Below, in pieces: positions 38,401 to 51,700 of a DNA stretch of 64,000 nucleotides (positions are counted from its first letter, which is position 1; each line of letters begins with the position of its first letter). A program made the translations under genes and the position numbers. Below the pieces are notes generated by a model. That model searched no databases, was not told the origin of the DNA, and saw only the letters and a list, made by a program, of their open reading frames with translations. Location: NCBI GenBank assembly GCA_050273025.1, contig CP158635.1, positions 2,604,001 through 2,668,000 of the forward strand, in the 5' to 3' direction. The stretch is from Cenococcum geophilum. Its lineage: Eukaryota.

Positions 38401-41400
38401 CCCCAACCTGGATAATATTAGATGCACTTATACCGTTAATTTTACCCAGTTCTATAAATAAAAAGATATAAAGGTAATAAGGATCTATATAGCGGAGCTA
38501 GTAGAACTAGTTAAATAAGAAGAGTATCGATAGCTGCTTAAAGAGCTACCTATAGGCCTAATAGAAGTACTAAACCTGTTAGAAAGGTCTTTTTACTAGC
38601 TAGTAGAAGGCAACTATATAATGGAGGAAGCCCGTAAAGCGCTACCCCCTTATTTCTATAACTTCCTTAAAATAAACTTAAAAACTAAGTCTGAGTTCCT
38701 ACGCCGAAAGATAGTTAATATTAATGTTGAAAAATTCCTAAAAGGCAAACTAGAATTAACCCGTAAAGATATTTTATAACGCTTACTAAAAGAGTTCCGT
38801 AAATATATTAAACACTTCCTCCCTAAAAACGTAGATAAGCTGCCCCTTTACCAACTATAGGACTATAAAATTAAGATTATACCCGGAAAGCAAGCCCCGT
38901 ATTATAAAAATAGACCACTTTTACCCGCTAAACTTAGTTGTGTAAAAAAGTGGATTAATAAGATACTAGATAAGGGTTTTATCCGCGAATTAACGTTACT
39001 AGCCGCTATACTACTCCTCCTTACTGTAAAACCTGGCGGCGGTATACGAATCTACTATAACTACTAAGGCCTAAATATAGTTACTATTAAAAATCGGTAC
39101 CTATTACTACTAATCTGTAAGACACTTAACGCACTCTGTAGCGCTAAGTACTTTACTAAGCTTAACGTAATTACTGTATTTAACCGGATCCGGATTATAG
39201 AAGGCCATAAGTGGCTTATAGCATTTATTACCCGGTTTAGGCTCTATAAAATATTAGTTATACTATTTAGTCTTTATAACGCACCTGCTATATTCTAGAA
39301 CTATATAAACTATATTTTGCATAACGCCTTTAATAACTACTATACTGCGTATCTTAATAATATCCTTATCTTCTTAAAAATACGCGCTAAGTATATAAAA
39401 TATATAAATAAAATCATCTAGAGACTTAGTAATGCTGGACTCCAGATTAACATTAATAAGTCTAAGTTTTATACTACTAAAACAAAATACCTTGGTTTAA
39501 TTATCTTAACTAACGGCATAACTATAGACCCTAAGAAGGTGTAGGCCTTATAGGAATAGAAGGACCCAATACTAGTTAAGGAACTACAGCAATTTCTTAG
39601 CTTTGCGAACTTCTACTAATAATTTATCTAAGGCTTTTCTAAGGTAGTTAAGCCTATAACTAGGCTACTAAAGAAAAGCACCGGCTAGTTATAGGGCCCT
39701 AATTAAGCATAAGTATTCTAAACCCTAAAAATAGCATTTACCACAGCACCGGTTTTAGCATACTACAACTATATAAAGAAGACTATAGTAGAGATAGACG
39801 CCTTGAACTAGGCTTTAGAAGGAGTACTCTACTAAGCTAGCGAAGATAATAAACTTAAGCTAGTTATATTTTTTTTTGCTAAATACTCCGCCCTTAAATA
39901 TAACTATAAGATATATAATAAGGAGCTCCTAGTAATTGTAAAAGCACTAGAAGAATAGCGCCCTAAACTATAAGAACCTTTAGACTTTTATAATAACGAA
40001 ACAACTAAACCAGCGCTAAGTCCGTTGGGCTAAGTTCCTCTCTTAGTTTAACTTTATTATTACTTATAGGCCTAGCACTAAAGCTATAATCCTAGACGTT
40101 CTTAGCCGCCTCTTAGGCGTAGCACCTGCTAATATTGGTAATAAACGTCTACGACATCGAGACCACGTTGTTTTACTACCAAAAAAAGTCGACCCCGCTA
40201 TTCTAGAAAAGCTACTAAGTAAATTCTAAGACTAAAGCATTAAAGACTTTATTGCAGTAATGGACCTAGAGCCTAAGAAAAAACCTCTTAAGGAGCTTAT
40301 TAAGAATGCCTATAAGGAGAATAAACTTACTAGGGATATGTTAGCTGTGTTACGTAAACGGGAAGGCTGTAAAGTATGCCGTTGGCCTAAGCAGATTAGG
40401 AAGTTACTCCGCTATAACAAATCCGAATGTTCAATTATTAACGGCCTAATCTACTATAGGAATTGAGTATTTGTCCCTAATTTACCTAAACTCTGACTAG
40501 AAGTTATATACTGTATGTATAGTTTAGGTCCTACCGGCTACCTAGGCCGCGTTAAGACACTAGACCTCCTTAATTAAACCTATTAGTGGCTAGGTATTTT
40601 ATAGTTTATAGCTACCTTTATAAAAGACTGCGCTCTCTACTTCCGCATAAAGACCCTACGCTTAGCACTACCCGGTTTCCTAAAACTAATAGAACTACCA
40701 GTCCGCCTATAGACTGATATTTTTATTAACTACGTCGTTAACCTACCTAAGTGCCTTCGTAATGGCAAAACATATAGATATATTTTTATCGTTATTAACC
40801 GCCTAATAAAGATAAGATACTTTATCCCTGTTACCAGCCTAGATACAAAGAAGCTTATTAAAGTATTTATCTACACTATCTATAAGTTATATAGCGCCTT
40901 AAGTACCATTATCTTTAATAGAGGCTCTTAATTTGTTTCTAACTTCTGGCGCCGCCTAAACTAGCGCCTAAAGGTAACTCTAAGCCCTAGTTTTGTATGG
41001 CACCCTAAAACAAATAGCTAGACTAAGATCGTTAACGTAGTAATAAATAAGTATCTACGCGCTTTCGTAAGCTTTACCTAAGGTAACTAGGTAGATTGGC
41101 TTCCCCTTGCTGAGTTTGCTATAAATAACTAGGTTAACGAAACTATAGGAATCTCACCGTTCTTTGCCAACTATGGCTATAACCCACGTTTAGGCATTAA
41201 ACCAGTAGGCCCCTAGCTATTAGCCCTATCTATATATATATAAAGAAAGAGTACCTATAAGCTGATGCTATTGCTAACCGCTTTAAGCGTATCCTAACTT
41301 AGCTTAAGGCCCTAGCTTGTATCTCCTAGCAACGCTATAAAGATAACGCTAATATAAAATAAGATAAAGGTATAATATTTAAAAAGGATAATATAGTTAT

Positions 41401-42347
41401 GGTTAGCCTTAAAAATATAAAGATTAACTGGCCTAAGAGGAAATGGGACGGTAACTGGGATGGACCTTAGCCCGTCTTAGCCGCCTATAAAGGGGTAGTT
41501 ATAGTGGACCTCCTAGACCACATTTGTGTTAATAAGTCTTTCTATATTTTAAAAGTCCGTCTCTAGTTCCCTAAAGAGATCCCTAGCTAAGTATGCATTA
41601 ATAAAGAGGAACGCCGTAATATTATAGGTAGGATAGCTAAAAGAGATAATAACGGCAATATTACAGATAAGTGGGAATTTAAAAAAAATCCTTAATGTAT
41701 ATAATAAACAAAGAGACGAGCACGGCTTAATGTATTATATTAAGTGGAAGTATTATAATAAGAAAACCTAGGAACCCGAGAAGTCCCTAAAAGGGTATAA
41801 GCGCGTACTACTAAAGTTTTATAAATAATATCCTAAGAAGCCTGGACCCCCAGACTAGGTATAAGATAAAAGAGACTTACCACGCTAAGGCTGTAGACAA
41901 CGACTATGATAATTTAGAGAAGTTAAGATCTTATAGAACTTTAACCGGCGGTTAAAGTTGTCTAATTAGTTAGGTTCTTGCTAAGAACGCCGCGCCTAAT
42001 TAATTTAGGTGGTGGTATGGAGTTCTGCTAACGCTATTTATTAAACTGGCTATATAACTACAGTTTGCTATTATATAATGGCAATTTAATAGTAATCTAA
42101 TAGCAATTTACTAGTACCATAATATTCTATTTTAAAGCTACTTGTTTAGTTTAGGGACTAAACCTTTTAAGGAAAGGGAGTACTGTCACGGCACTAACCT
42201 ATCTTATACTGTTTTCTACTATTAGCTAGCCCACTACTAGCGCCTTAGCGGCTGGCCCTACTATCTATATACGATACCCCTTTTGCCTCTTCTCCTCTTT
42301 ATACCACAACGTAGTTATTTAGTCTACTTCACTACAGTACTGTAATA
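35432..42347 (+). mobile_element. Ty3/Gypsy chromovirus C (6.9 kb), RIP-mutated
   Basis: 164-bp LTRs 35432-35595 and 42184-42347, TSD CTAGT, PPT AAGGAAGGGGAG. Gag from ~35830 with knuckle ~37010, protease ~37620, RT ~38850-39550, RNase H, integrase ~40500-41200 and chromodomain ~41670-41830. Confidence 0.93.
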
Positions 42348-45209
42348 CTAGTATACTAGATCTCTAGTCTAGTTTCTATTCCTACTATACAAAGATTCTC
42401 TATCTAAATTCCTCTATAGTTTCCTTTATATTTTATCTTATATGTATATCCTTAAAGTCCTCTTACTTTATAATCTTATTATTATTTTTGTTAATAGCCC
42501 TTATTTATACTTTAAAACCTTAGTTTTATAGGATTTTTAACCTTAAGTTTGCTTTTTTCTTAAGCTTAGCTCTAGCCTTAGTCCAATTTGGCTTTTATAG
42601 TATTTTTATCTTATTTTAAAAATATTAAATTTTACTTATCTTATCTTAAGAATCTTATGCCTTTAGAAAACTTCGTCCTAAACTTATTTATATATTACTA
42701 AACTAAGCCATTACTCTGCTCTATTAGTTATTATCTATTATAGGTTCTTAAGCGTGTCTTATCCCGTTTTGGGAATTTTAAGCGTTTTTTATCTCCTTTT
42801 AAGATTTTTAAGCCTTTAGCCTTTTACCTTTATTAAGTAATAAGTTAGTACTAGTAGTTATCTGCTTGCTTAATCCCTTATATTAGGTATTTCTCCTTCT
42901 GTCTTATAAAGCGATAAATGCCGTATTTAATAGTGTTATAATTTCTATTACTAATCCTTACTTTATAGTGGTTTTAGTCTCTACTTCTAATATAACTGTT
43001 CTAAGGTCTATACGCTCCTAGTAAGCTACCTTTATTACCTTATTATTAGTAAATATTTCGCCTATATTAAATTTATTATCTTTAATATCCGATTTATATA
43101 ATAGTTTATTAGTGTCTTTAAACTCTAAAATCTTTAGCTCTTATAGCTAGTAGCTTACGCTATACTTAGCGTCCTTATAAATTTGGTATATATTATTATA
43201 GTAAAACGCAAAATACTTAATTAAATATTCTTTTATTTCTTATAGTGTACTATTATCCCTCTATATATATATACCGTCTGCTAGTCTAGTTTCCTTTACT
43301 ATATAGTTACTCTAACTACTTTTATAGTCTTTAGCAAAATAACTCTATTTTCTATAATTTATATAAGCTCCTTTTTTAAACTACTTGTCTTGCTATAGAC
43401 TCCGCCTAAACGTCTTCTACTATTAAGATTCTTAGTTTAGCCTCTACTCTTTAGTCCTTAATTGCTTAATCCTTAACCTTTAGGTTTCTATAGTTTCTTA
43501 TTTTATTTTTTAGATTCTTTAGTACCGCCTAGGTCTATTAGTTCTGTACTATACTATAGTTTTTTATTTTAACTTTATTATTGCGTGCTCTGCGCCTTAT
43601 ATAACTATAGAACTCTATTTTAACCTTTCTTAGTCTGTTCCCTTTAGTAGATTCTATTATCGATTTTAATTACTTAATTAATTAGTTTCCGCATCTTTTA
43701 TTAGGATAATCGCGTTCTAGACTTTCACTTTAAGTCTTTATTTATACTATACTATAAGCGCCTTATCGTTCCATTTGACCTATATAGCTAATATTTAAAA
43801 CTACGTTGTATACTCAATTGCTAAAGTTTATTATATTAGGTTTTAAAGCCTTTGTTTTACTATAGTAGTTACTTTTAAGTTCCGAAATATCTATATTAAT
43901 TATTCTATAAACCTGTTCCAGCTAACGAATATATATTATACTTCTTAATTAGTAGTTACTATGCTGTATTTCTATACTTCTATAAGGTAAGATTTAAACT
44001 ACTTAAGTGCTCTCCCCGTTAGGAATAGTCCTATATAGGCTACTTAGTCTATAGCTATTGCTAACCTTTCTCCTTTCTATATAACCTTAAAGTGCATTTA
44101 TATAAGGAATCCTTTAAGTTTTAACTTCTCCCCTAAGAATCGCTTAATTAATAGTAGCTTAACTTTAGCTGCTCTAATCCCATTAATCTTTTCTTTAAAT
44201 ATCCTGTTGTTGTCTATTAATTAATTAACTATTTCCTATAACTGTCCAACGGTAACTAGCTGTAAGTTAGTATTTATTATACTAGTGTCGTTACCTAATC
44301 TTAAAGTAGTTGCCTCTATTAACGGCGTTATCCCTTAACCCGCTGGGGTGTAATGCTAAGCTGCACCGTGTATAAACACCGTACCGAGCTATACAAAGAA
44401 CCTTATGTTACTGCAATTCTCATTACGGAGGCTCGAATAAGAGCTTCCTATTAGCTAGATTCTTATCGATAACATAGGACCCGAATCAGCAGGTTAAGGG
44501 ATAGCTACTGCTTTTAGTAGTATATTATTTAACTTATTAATACCGTAACCTTAGTAGTAAATATATAACGAAGCCTTGTAGGAAATACTATAGTAGACTT
44601 ATTAATAGGCTAGGTATATAGATAATAATTAGTGGAGTGGTTGCCTAATAGATTAACTCTAATTATATTCTAAGATTTACTATAAAGAAGAGAACTATCT
44701 AGGTAGGGACTGTAGTCCTTTAAATATACAATACTGCGCTTAAGAAATGTACTAAGTATATTAGTACGTTAGTATGTTAGTATGTTACGTTTCTATATTC
44801 CTATATTCCTATATTCCAAACTTATAACGTAACCGCCTACGTAACTTAGCTACCCCTCATCCTATAGTTTAACTAGTTTTAGCACCTCCCGTACTTCTGT
44901 TAGATAATCTATATTCTTGAAGGCGTAGGACGTATACGAGTTATGTGCATTGTAAATATCTTCGTCTAAGCCTAGGGGCCCTAAGTCGACCAACCATTAA
45001 GACACGATTAAGATCATTAATCAATTAACCCATTTTATCAATGAATAGCTCTATATAAGTTATCTGACAGTTATAAGCCCGGTCCGCCGACACAAGAAGC
45101 TATTCAGCTATTACTTAATTATTTAAAGAAATTCTACCTTATCGTTAGACTCTGACACCTCATCGTCATAAGACGACCCTGATCGAAATCCTACCTTAAT
45201 TATCACAGG

Positions 45210-45335
45210 ACGAGATTCTACGAGATTCCACGAGATTCCACGAGACTCCACCTTAATCGTTAAAGGACGATCCTAATAATAAGGACGATCCTAATAATAA
45301 GGACGATCCTGTAATAAGGACGATCCTAACAACAA
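45210..45335. repeat. Two short tandem arrays in the Copia leader (CGAGATTCCA; AAGGACGATCCTAATAAT)
   Basis: About 4 directly visible copies of each unit. Confidence 0.75.
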
Positions 45336-46604
45336 ATTCTATCTTAATTCCCATCTACCTATTAGTTAAATGACTCTACCGATGTTAAGTTTGTCTACTA
45401 TAATTATCCTCAATAAGCTAGAAGACTGGGAGCAATGGATCTGGCAACTATAAGCCCTTGCGGATAAATAAATTTGGGCCTATGTTGGCCTGGATAAGGA
45501 AGCACCTTAATAAGGTCTACTATAAGAACCAGCCTATCCAGAAGTTACAGATTTTAATAAGAATGCAACCTTATATATATAGCTCTCGACAAATTAATAG
45601 AGGGCGTATAAGAATAGCAGATAATACTATGATTAGGATATAAAGTATTTCCTAAAATAAGAAGAGCACCTTTAACAGATCCGCACCTAAATTACGTCCA
45701 TAGTATTAATTTAGAAGAAGCTACTACTTAACCCTTCCTTAACAGTTAAAGAATGGCTATCTTAACTAAAGGAGAACACAGAACCTACCTTATTGTTTAT
45801 TAGGAAGAAGTTACAACACTAGTATACGGAAGCCCTTAAGGGGTTCACATACTTATTAAAATTAAATTAGTGGCTAGATTAATGGGAACACGTAATAGTA
45901 CTAGGAGAGAAGTATAAAATACCCTAAATATTTAATAGAATCTAGCTTTAAGATCTGGCAGAAGTTATTCAACCTTTTAGTGATGCCTACTATATAAAGT
46001 ATACTACTAAGTTAAATAACCCGCAGAAGTTAAGATCTTCTAAATACTGTAGAGTAGTAAAGGAGCTACAAGAAGGGCTTAGAAGACCCTTAAAGAAAGC
46101 CAATACTACTATAAGAGGGAGTACCTTTAATATAGACTTCGCAGAGCAAGCTATTAAGGATTACTTTAATACTACTAAAGGTTTATAGAGAGGAAACACC
46201 TTAGCACGCACTAGCCGCTTAAAGAGAGCCGGGTCACTGGTTAAGGAGACGTCCTAAAAGAAGCTAATACCTAAGTGCTTAGCGTGCGAAAGACAAGGAC
46301 ATTTACTTTGGGACTATTAGTGTTTATTTAAAGATAAGAGACCTGTAGGAGTTATAGTTAGAGATAATTATATTGAAAAGGCACTAAGGAAGGTAGAATA
46401 GAATAAGGATCTTACTGATCTAGTTGCCAAAATTAGACTTAAATAAGAAGACGAAGCTTAATAACGATAAGATAAGAGTAAGGGAGTCCTACGTTTTAAA
46501 GACGTTGCCTTCTATATAGACTTTAATACGAATGTTACGGACAATAGACTATCGAATAAGTCCGACTAGGAAGTCTATCAGCGTTTAATACAAGCCAACT
46601 GCTA

Positions 46605-48755
46605 GAAGGTCTCCCGCCAGCGTGCATATCCCTACGGCTTGCACCACATTTTTTTAAACAACGCATTACTCTAATTAATTAATAATAATTTAACCACTGC
46701 ATCAAATAGGCTCAAATTTTAAAGTTATAACTAGAAATACTATATAAAACTTCTATCCAACTATATAGTCCGTTAGGTAAGCGGGCGCATTTCTCTACTG
46801 CCGAAGCCGCAGGCTTCTGATTTTTACTACCTCTTTATTATTACTAGACTCCACCATTATTGTTACCCGTTTCTTAAAGGCTGAGCCTCTAGACTGCTTA
46901 GTAGGGCTCTGAACTTATTATTATAAGTCTCTTTTAAGCTATAATAAGGCTAAACGTTGAGCAGTTTTATTGTCTTTTGCCTACTTCTTTTACCGTACCA
47001 ACTTCTCCCGATCTTAACGCCTTTGTTTTACCACTTTCTTATTATTTTTCTTCTCTTCCTGTTTCTGAATTTTTGCCTAGGCTTTCTCTAGCGCTATCTG
47101 TTATTTTGTAGCCTCCTCGTCCCTAATAGCCTACTTTATGGTCTTAAGTTTAGTCGGCGACCAGAAGGTAGCTTTACCTTTATTTATTATATGAATATTC
47201 TTAATATATAGCTTCCCTCTCTTTTGCCTCTTCTTTTTAATAATAATAGCATTCTTAAGCCCCTTAATTCGGGCTTATAAAATGCTGTTCTTGGCTGCTA
47301 TCTTCTCTACTAAGTTACCTAGTTTAGCCGCATCACGTGATGGCTTAATACTACTAATGTGCTTTACGAGTCTCCGTACCTAATAGATATTTAATGCTGA
47401 GTATATAGTTGATGTAGATGACGTAGATCTACTTGTACTGGGCTGCTTAGGGGCCGCCGGCTTGACCTGGTTAAGTATTAGGTTTGGATTTAGGGGCTAT
47501 AAGCCGGTTTTGCGCCAGCTGCTAAGGATATTGGTTTCTATAAAGGTATGTTACCAGGCAGCGCGAAATAAGCTATAAAACTCTCTCTTTATAATGCGGC
47601 AAAGCCCTGCCGTATTATTGATCTATTTATTAAGCTCCTAGGAGTAGTAGTTTGCTAGAGGGTTAAAAAGGCTAACGTCTAGAGGCTAAAGTTAATGAGT
47701 TAAATGGGGGGGGGTATACTGCCACTAGGATCCTATGCTTGAGGTACTAGTCTAAAAATAGTATATTAATGTGGCTGCTGTGCCTGTTAATAAAGAGAAG
47801 CCGCTAGTCACGCCCGTGTCTGGCTTTTGCTTTAGTGTAGCGATTAAAAACGGTAGTTAACCACGCCATCCTTAGCTCGTTATTCGTCTACCCTAAAGGT
47901 GAACTTGCGAAATGGGCCGCATCTAGCTCGTTAGGCTTAAAATTATTAAGCTAGGTATTTTGGATGTTGCCCGTTGTAGCTTAGTAGATAAGGGAGGGTG
48001 GAATATATGTCCCGTTCATGCAGATTGTTGCTAGGTACGTAATCTATTTATGATTACCATCTTAGCCAGCACTAATTAATTTACCCCTCTTTTCCGAATC
48101 CTTATTAAATATCCTTTTTACTTTTTAAAGGATACCAATTAGGAACCCTTTTTTATTTATATTATATGTGTTTTGCGGAAGGACGTTATATTGCTTAATT
48201 TTGGCCTGAACCTTTGAAATATTAGTACAAATACTATTATTTAGGAGGCTATAAACCAGCTTAAAATAAAGGGTATATTGATATGCATTATCTGCCTTTT
48301 TACGGCTTAAATCTGCCGCCGCTAAGAAGCCAGATTTTAAGACCTTTTGATGCCGCTTGATAAACTTGTACGCCTAATTTTTTCCAGGGCGTTTCTTAAC
48401 TATATCCTTAGCAAAGTTTCGGACCATTGCACAAGTAGGAGGTAGCCCTTGATTAGTTAATTGATTAATCTCATTTACTAGGGTGAGCTGCTGTTGTGCT
48501 GATAGTAATGAGACATTATCCCGGTAGATATGCCGTGGGTTGATTTTGCCTTGTGCGCGCCTTGCGAGTGTCGTACGATGGGGCTGTCGTACTGGTGTTG
48601 TAGGAGCTGAAAGAGGCACGTTTTGTAAAGATAATGAATTCATTTTTATGTGATTTGGTAAAGAATTGATAGAGATAATTAATTTTGAAGTTTTCCATCT
48701 TGTGGGTAAATGCACGTGCACGCTGCAGGGATGTGCACGCTGTAGGGAGACCTTC
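46605..48755 (-). mobile_element. pogo/Fot1-type Tc1-mariner DNA transposon (2151 bp) inserted in the Copia element
   Basis: ~40-bp imperfect TIRs (GAAGGTCTCCC..CAGCGTGCA.ATCCCT...) flanked by TA duplications, enclosing a minus-strand transposase. Confidence 0.93.
46770..48643 (-). pseudogene. Fot1/pogo DDE transposase pseudogene
   Basis: ATG at 48643 and CENP-B-type HTH (LLSAQQQLTLVNEI..L...GLPPT..MVRNFA..I). RIPed YNMDEKGF (~48150), LL.I(D)GH.SH (~47780) and PPH.TH.LQPLDV (~47690) motifs, with internal stops. The 3' end is approximate. Confidence 0.85.
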
Positions 48756-51700
48756 TACGCCGCCAACGGAAGCGCAGAATATCGTCAAGAGACGTTCGTC
48801 CAGACTCGAAAGGTAATGCACGACTATGGCATCTGTGTCTAGGCCATCCAGGACCTATCAAGCTTCGAGGCCCTAAGACGACGGAATGTCAACACTGCAG
48901 CCTCGCTAAAAAAAATTAAGCGTTAGGTCTTACGAAGGTTCTTGGATCGGAATATTGATAAACCCTATCTCGACGTCTATATTGACTGGACTGACCTTAA
49001 GGAAGCGCATGTAAAAGACCTTAAAGAAAGCTTAAGAAGCAATTAAGGAGCTAAGTAAGGAATACCAGATGAGTACCCTTGGAGAGCTAAAATGGTTCCT
49101 AGGAATCTATGTGCTACGCAATCGTAGCCAGAGGCTCCTGTGGCTATCCCAGGAAGCCTATATTGAGAAGATAGCTAACCAGTATAAGATAGATCTTAAA
49201 GGGCGTCTTCCAGATACTCCTATGGCAGAATTGGAACTCATCCCTACTAATTACCGATCGATCCGTCTGACGCGTCCGTCCCCCAATATAGACTTACTAG
49301 TCCGTCCTATATCCCTACTAAGAAAAGCAGCTTCTATGATGCTATATTAGAGACTAGTACCTATATAGCACGAGGAGCAGAGTAATCTACTATGGAGGAG
49401 ATAAGGAAGGAACGAACGGTAGAGGGAGAGACAAAGGAATGCGTAAAAAAGGATAAGACGACGGAAGAGACGGTAGAAGTGAAGCGCAATCATTTGTCTG
49501 TGCCAGCGACGTATTATTTACGGACAATTCCGTCGACAGAAAGAGCTTGTAAGGATATATTATAAGCTATTTAGGGGACCGATTGTATGGAGAGCAAATA
49601 AGTAGGATACGCGAAAGAAGCTATCTTTATTAGTAGGCTGTTTAAAGCAATAACATTACAGCTAAACGAGCCCTTGATCATTGACTCTCCGACATATTAA
49701 CATCCATTGATACTGGTTGCGTTAAGAATACGCAATAAGACGAGTGGTATTTTAATAAAAAGCGACGAAGGAGATAATCGCCGATGGACTTACGAAGGCC
49801 CTGCCCAAGCAAAGGTTTCAGAACTTCGTCAACCTAGTTAGAATGGTGGATATTAAGGAGCGGCTGGATAAGGAGAAGCAACTAGAGGACCTAAGGGAGA
49901 AGGTTAGGGCGAGACGGAAGGATTTAGATGAGATTACGGTTCATTTAACGCATGGACGGACACGAGAAGGTGGCTAGCTTTGTCCTCGACCAGGTCGAAG
50001 CTAAGGGGGTATGTCAGATAATCTGTATTCTCGGAGGCGTAGGACGTGTACAAGTCACGTGCATTGTAAATATCTTCGTCTAAGCCCAGGGGCCCTAGGT
50101 TGACTAACCATTAAGACACGATTAAGATCATCAATTAATTAACCCATTTTATCAATGAATAGCTCTATATGAACTATCTGACAACTTCTACTACTAGTCT
50201 ATTTATATCTCTCCTTAGTAGTGCTACTACTGCTAATATAAGGTCTGTAATAAAAAAGTAAGCTTATAGATAAGGAACTAGTAAAATAAAAGCTGCCCTA
50301 TTAATACTAGAAATTTAAGGATATATTCTCTAAAGTAGTATTTAATATACTTTTACCTTACTAATTGTTACGGAACCCTATCGTAGGGGCCTCCATAGGA
50401 GAGCCCCATACTTTTATATACACCTTGCGTATAGCTTATGTTAGCTACGCGTAGGTATATTACCTCCTTAAGCCCTTAACCCTTACGATCGATCGCGTAA
50501 CGTCTTGTAGACTCCTTAAATATATACGCTCTATAGCTACTGCCCTTATTCCATAACATTATGTTATGCCTTTTTACTACTAACGCTTAGCCTACGACTA
50601 ATTCTACGTCTTTATAATATTATAGGCGCTACTAAAAGCAGTATGTCTATAAATTACCTCACTTTATACTTCTAAGGAACCTATAATAGTAAGACAATAT
50701 TTCTTACTAGCTACTATATTAAACCTAAAGAATAATTTAATACCTATACTTAACCTATAACGCCAATTAATCCTAGGAGAATTTAATTTATTAGCCCTAG
50801 CCTTAACCCCTAAGAAGATAAACACTAATAATATCTTATCTTTTATTAACTATATAACTACGGATAAGTAAATAAAAGGGCTACTACCTATTAAAATTAA
50901 AATATAAGACGCTAAGACATTTGCAAAAATAGTAGCACAAGACCCTAATAAATACTATTGCCTTTTATAGAACTAATACCTAAAGCTTATATAAGCTAAG
51001 ATATGTACTACCTAAGATTACAATATTATTTAAGACCTATAAGCTTATAAGGCGCTTGCCAATAATATACGTTAAGAAATTAAAGACGACCTCTACGTAT
51101 CTAAACGCGACGTTTAACAGTTAAAGAAGAATAAGATTATACTAATTGCTATAGTTACTAAAAAAGAAGGCATAATTAAATACCTATAATCTTAGCTTAA
51201 CGAGCATATTTATAATAACGCTAGATACCTCTTTATTATATATAACGTGTTATAGGACACCCCCGTAACACCTTACACCCATCTACCTGTTTCCACCGAC
51301 TTAGTAATTAGAGACTAACCGCGAAATAGTAATCTAACGGCAATCTAATAGCAATCTAACGGCAATCTACGGCATTCTGCTATATTCTGCTATATTCTGC
51401 TAAGTTTTACTAAATTCTGCTAAGTTCTGCTAGGATTATGACCTAAACCCTATTTTACCTATGTACGTATTAACTAAGCAACCAAGTTAACGATATATGC
51501 CCTTTTTTCCCATTTTCCTACCTTCTTTCCTTATATAACATCTTAGCCTCCTTATATAGTTTATATATATAGCTTAATAATATCTACCTTGCTATATATT
51601 ATCGTCGCTTATACTTACTCCGTGACACTACATTACGTTAACTACTTATACTACTGTTAACATATAGAATAAACCTAAAGCCCCTATAACGGCCGCCGGT

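Larger units (their letters stand above)
44898..50183 (+). mobile_element. Ty1/Copia LTR retrotransposon, internally deleted (non-autonomous), inserted in the 5' LTR of Gypsy B
   Basis: 172-bp LTRs 44898-45069 and 50012-50183, TSD ACTTC, GTTATAAGCCC after the 5' LTR. Gag ~45310-46460 with CxxC..GH..C, GAG-pre-integrase LWHLCLGHPG..C..C (~48825-48910), RT C-terminus LGELKWFLGI (ORF 49069-49350), and RNase H ADGLTKAL (~49780). Confidence 0.92.
20940..50252 (-). mobile_element. Ty3/Gypsy chromovirus B (minus strand), interrupted by A, a solo LTR, C and the Copia element
   Basis: Matching LTRs 20940-21333 and 44564-50252 (the latter split by Copia), TSD AAAAA, and polypurine tract at 21334-21350. 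Minus-strand relics: gag with CCHC knuckle (~43330-43380), protease ALIDSG (~34490), RT (~33300-33950), RNase H, integrase (~22550-23088) and chromodomain (~22050-22200). Confidence 0.92.
18331..50365 (+). mobile_element. Ty3/Gypsy LTR retrotransposon H (own sequence 18331-20939 and 50253-50365); interrupted by B and D, 3' part outside the window
   Basis: Gag-like region ~18670-19960 and aspartic protease relic ~20080-20350 (ILANS..NAF.LID for LxDSG; IILGRKWL). The pol frame resumes at 50253 after the AAAAA TSD (ELV..KLP..Y..FKD.FSK) and is cut again at 50366. Confidence 0.8.
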
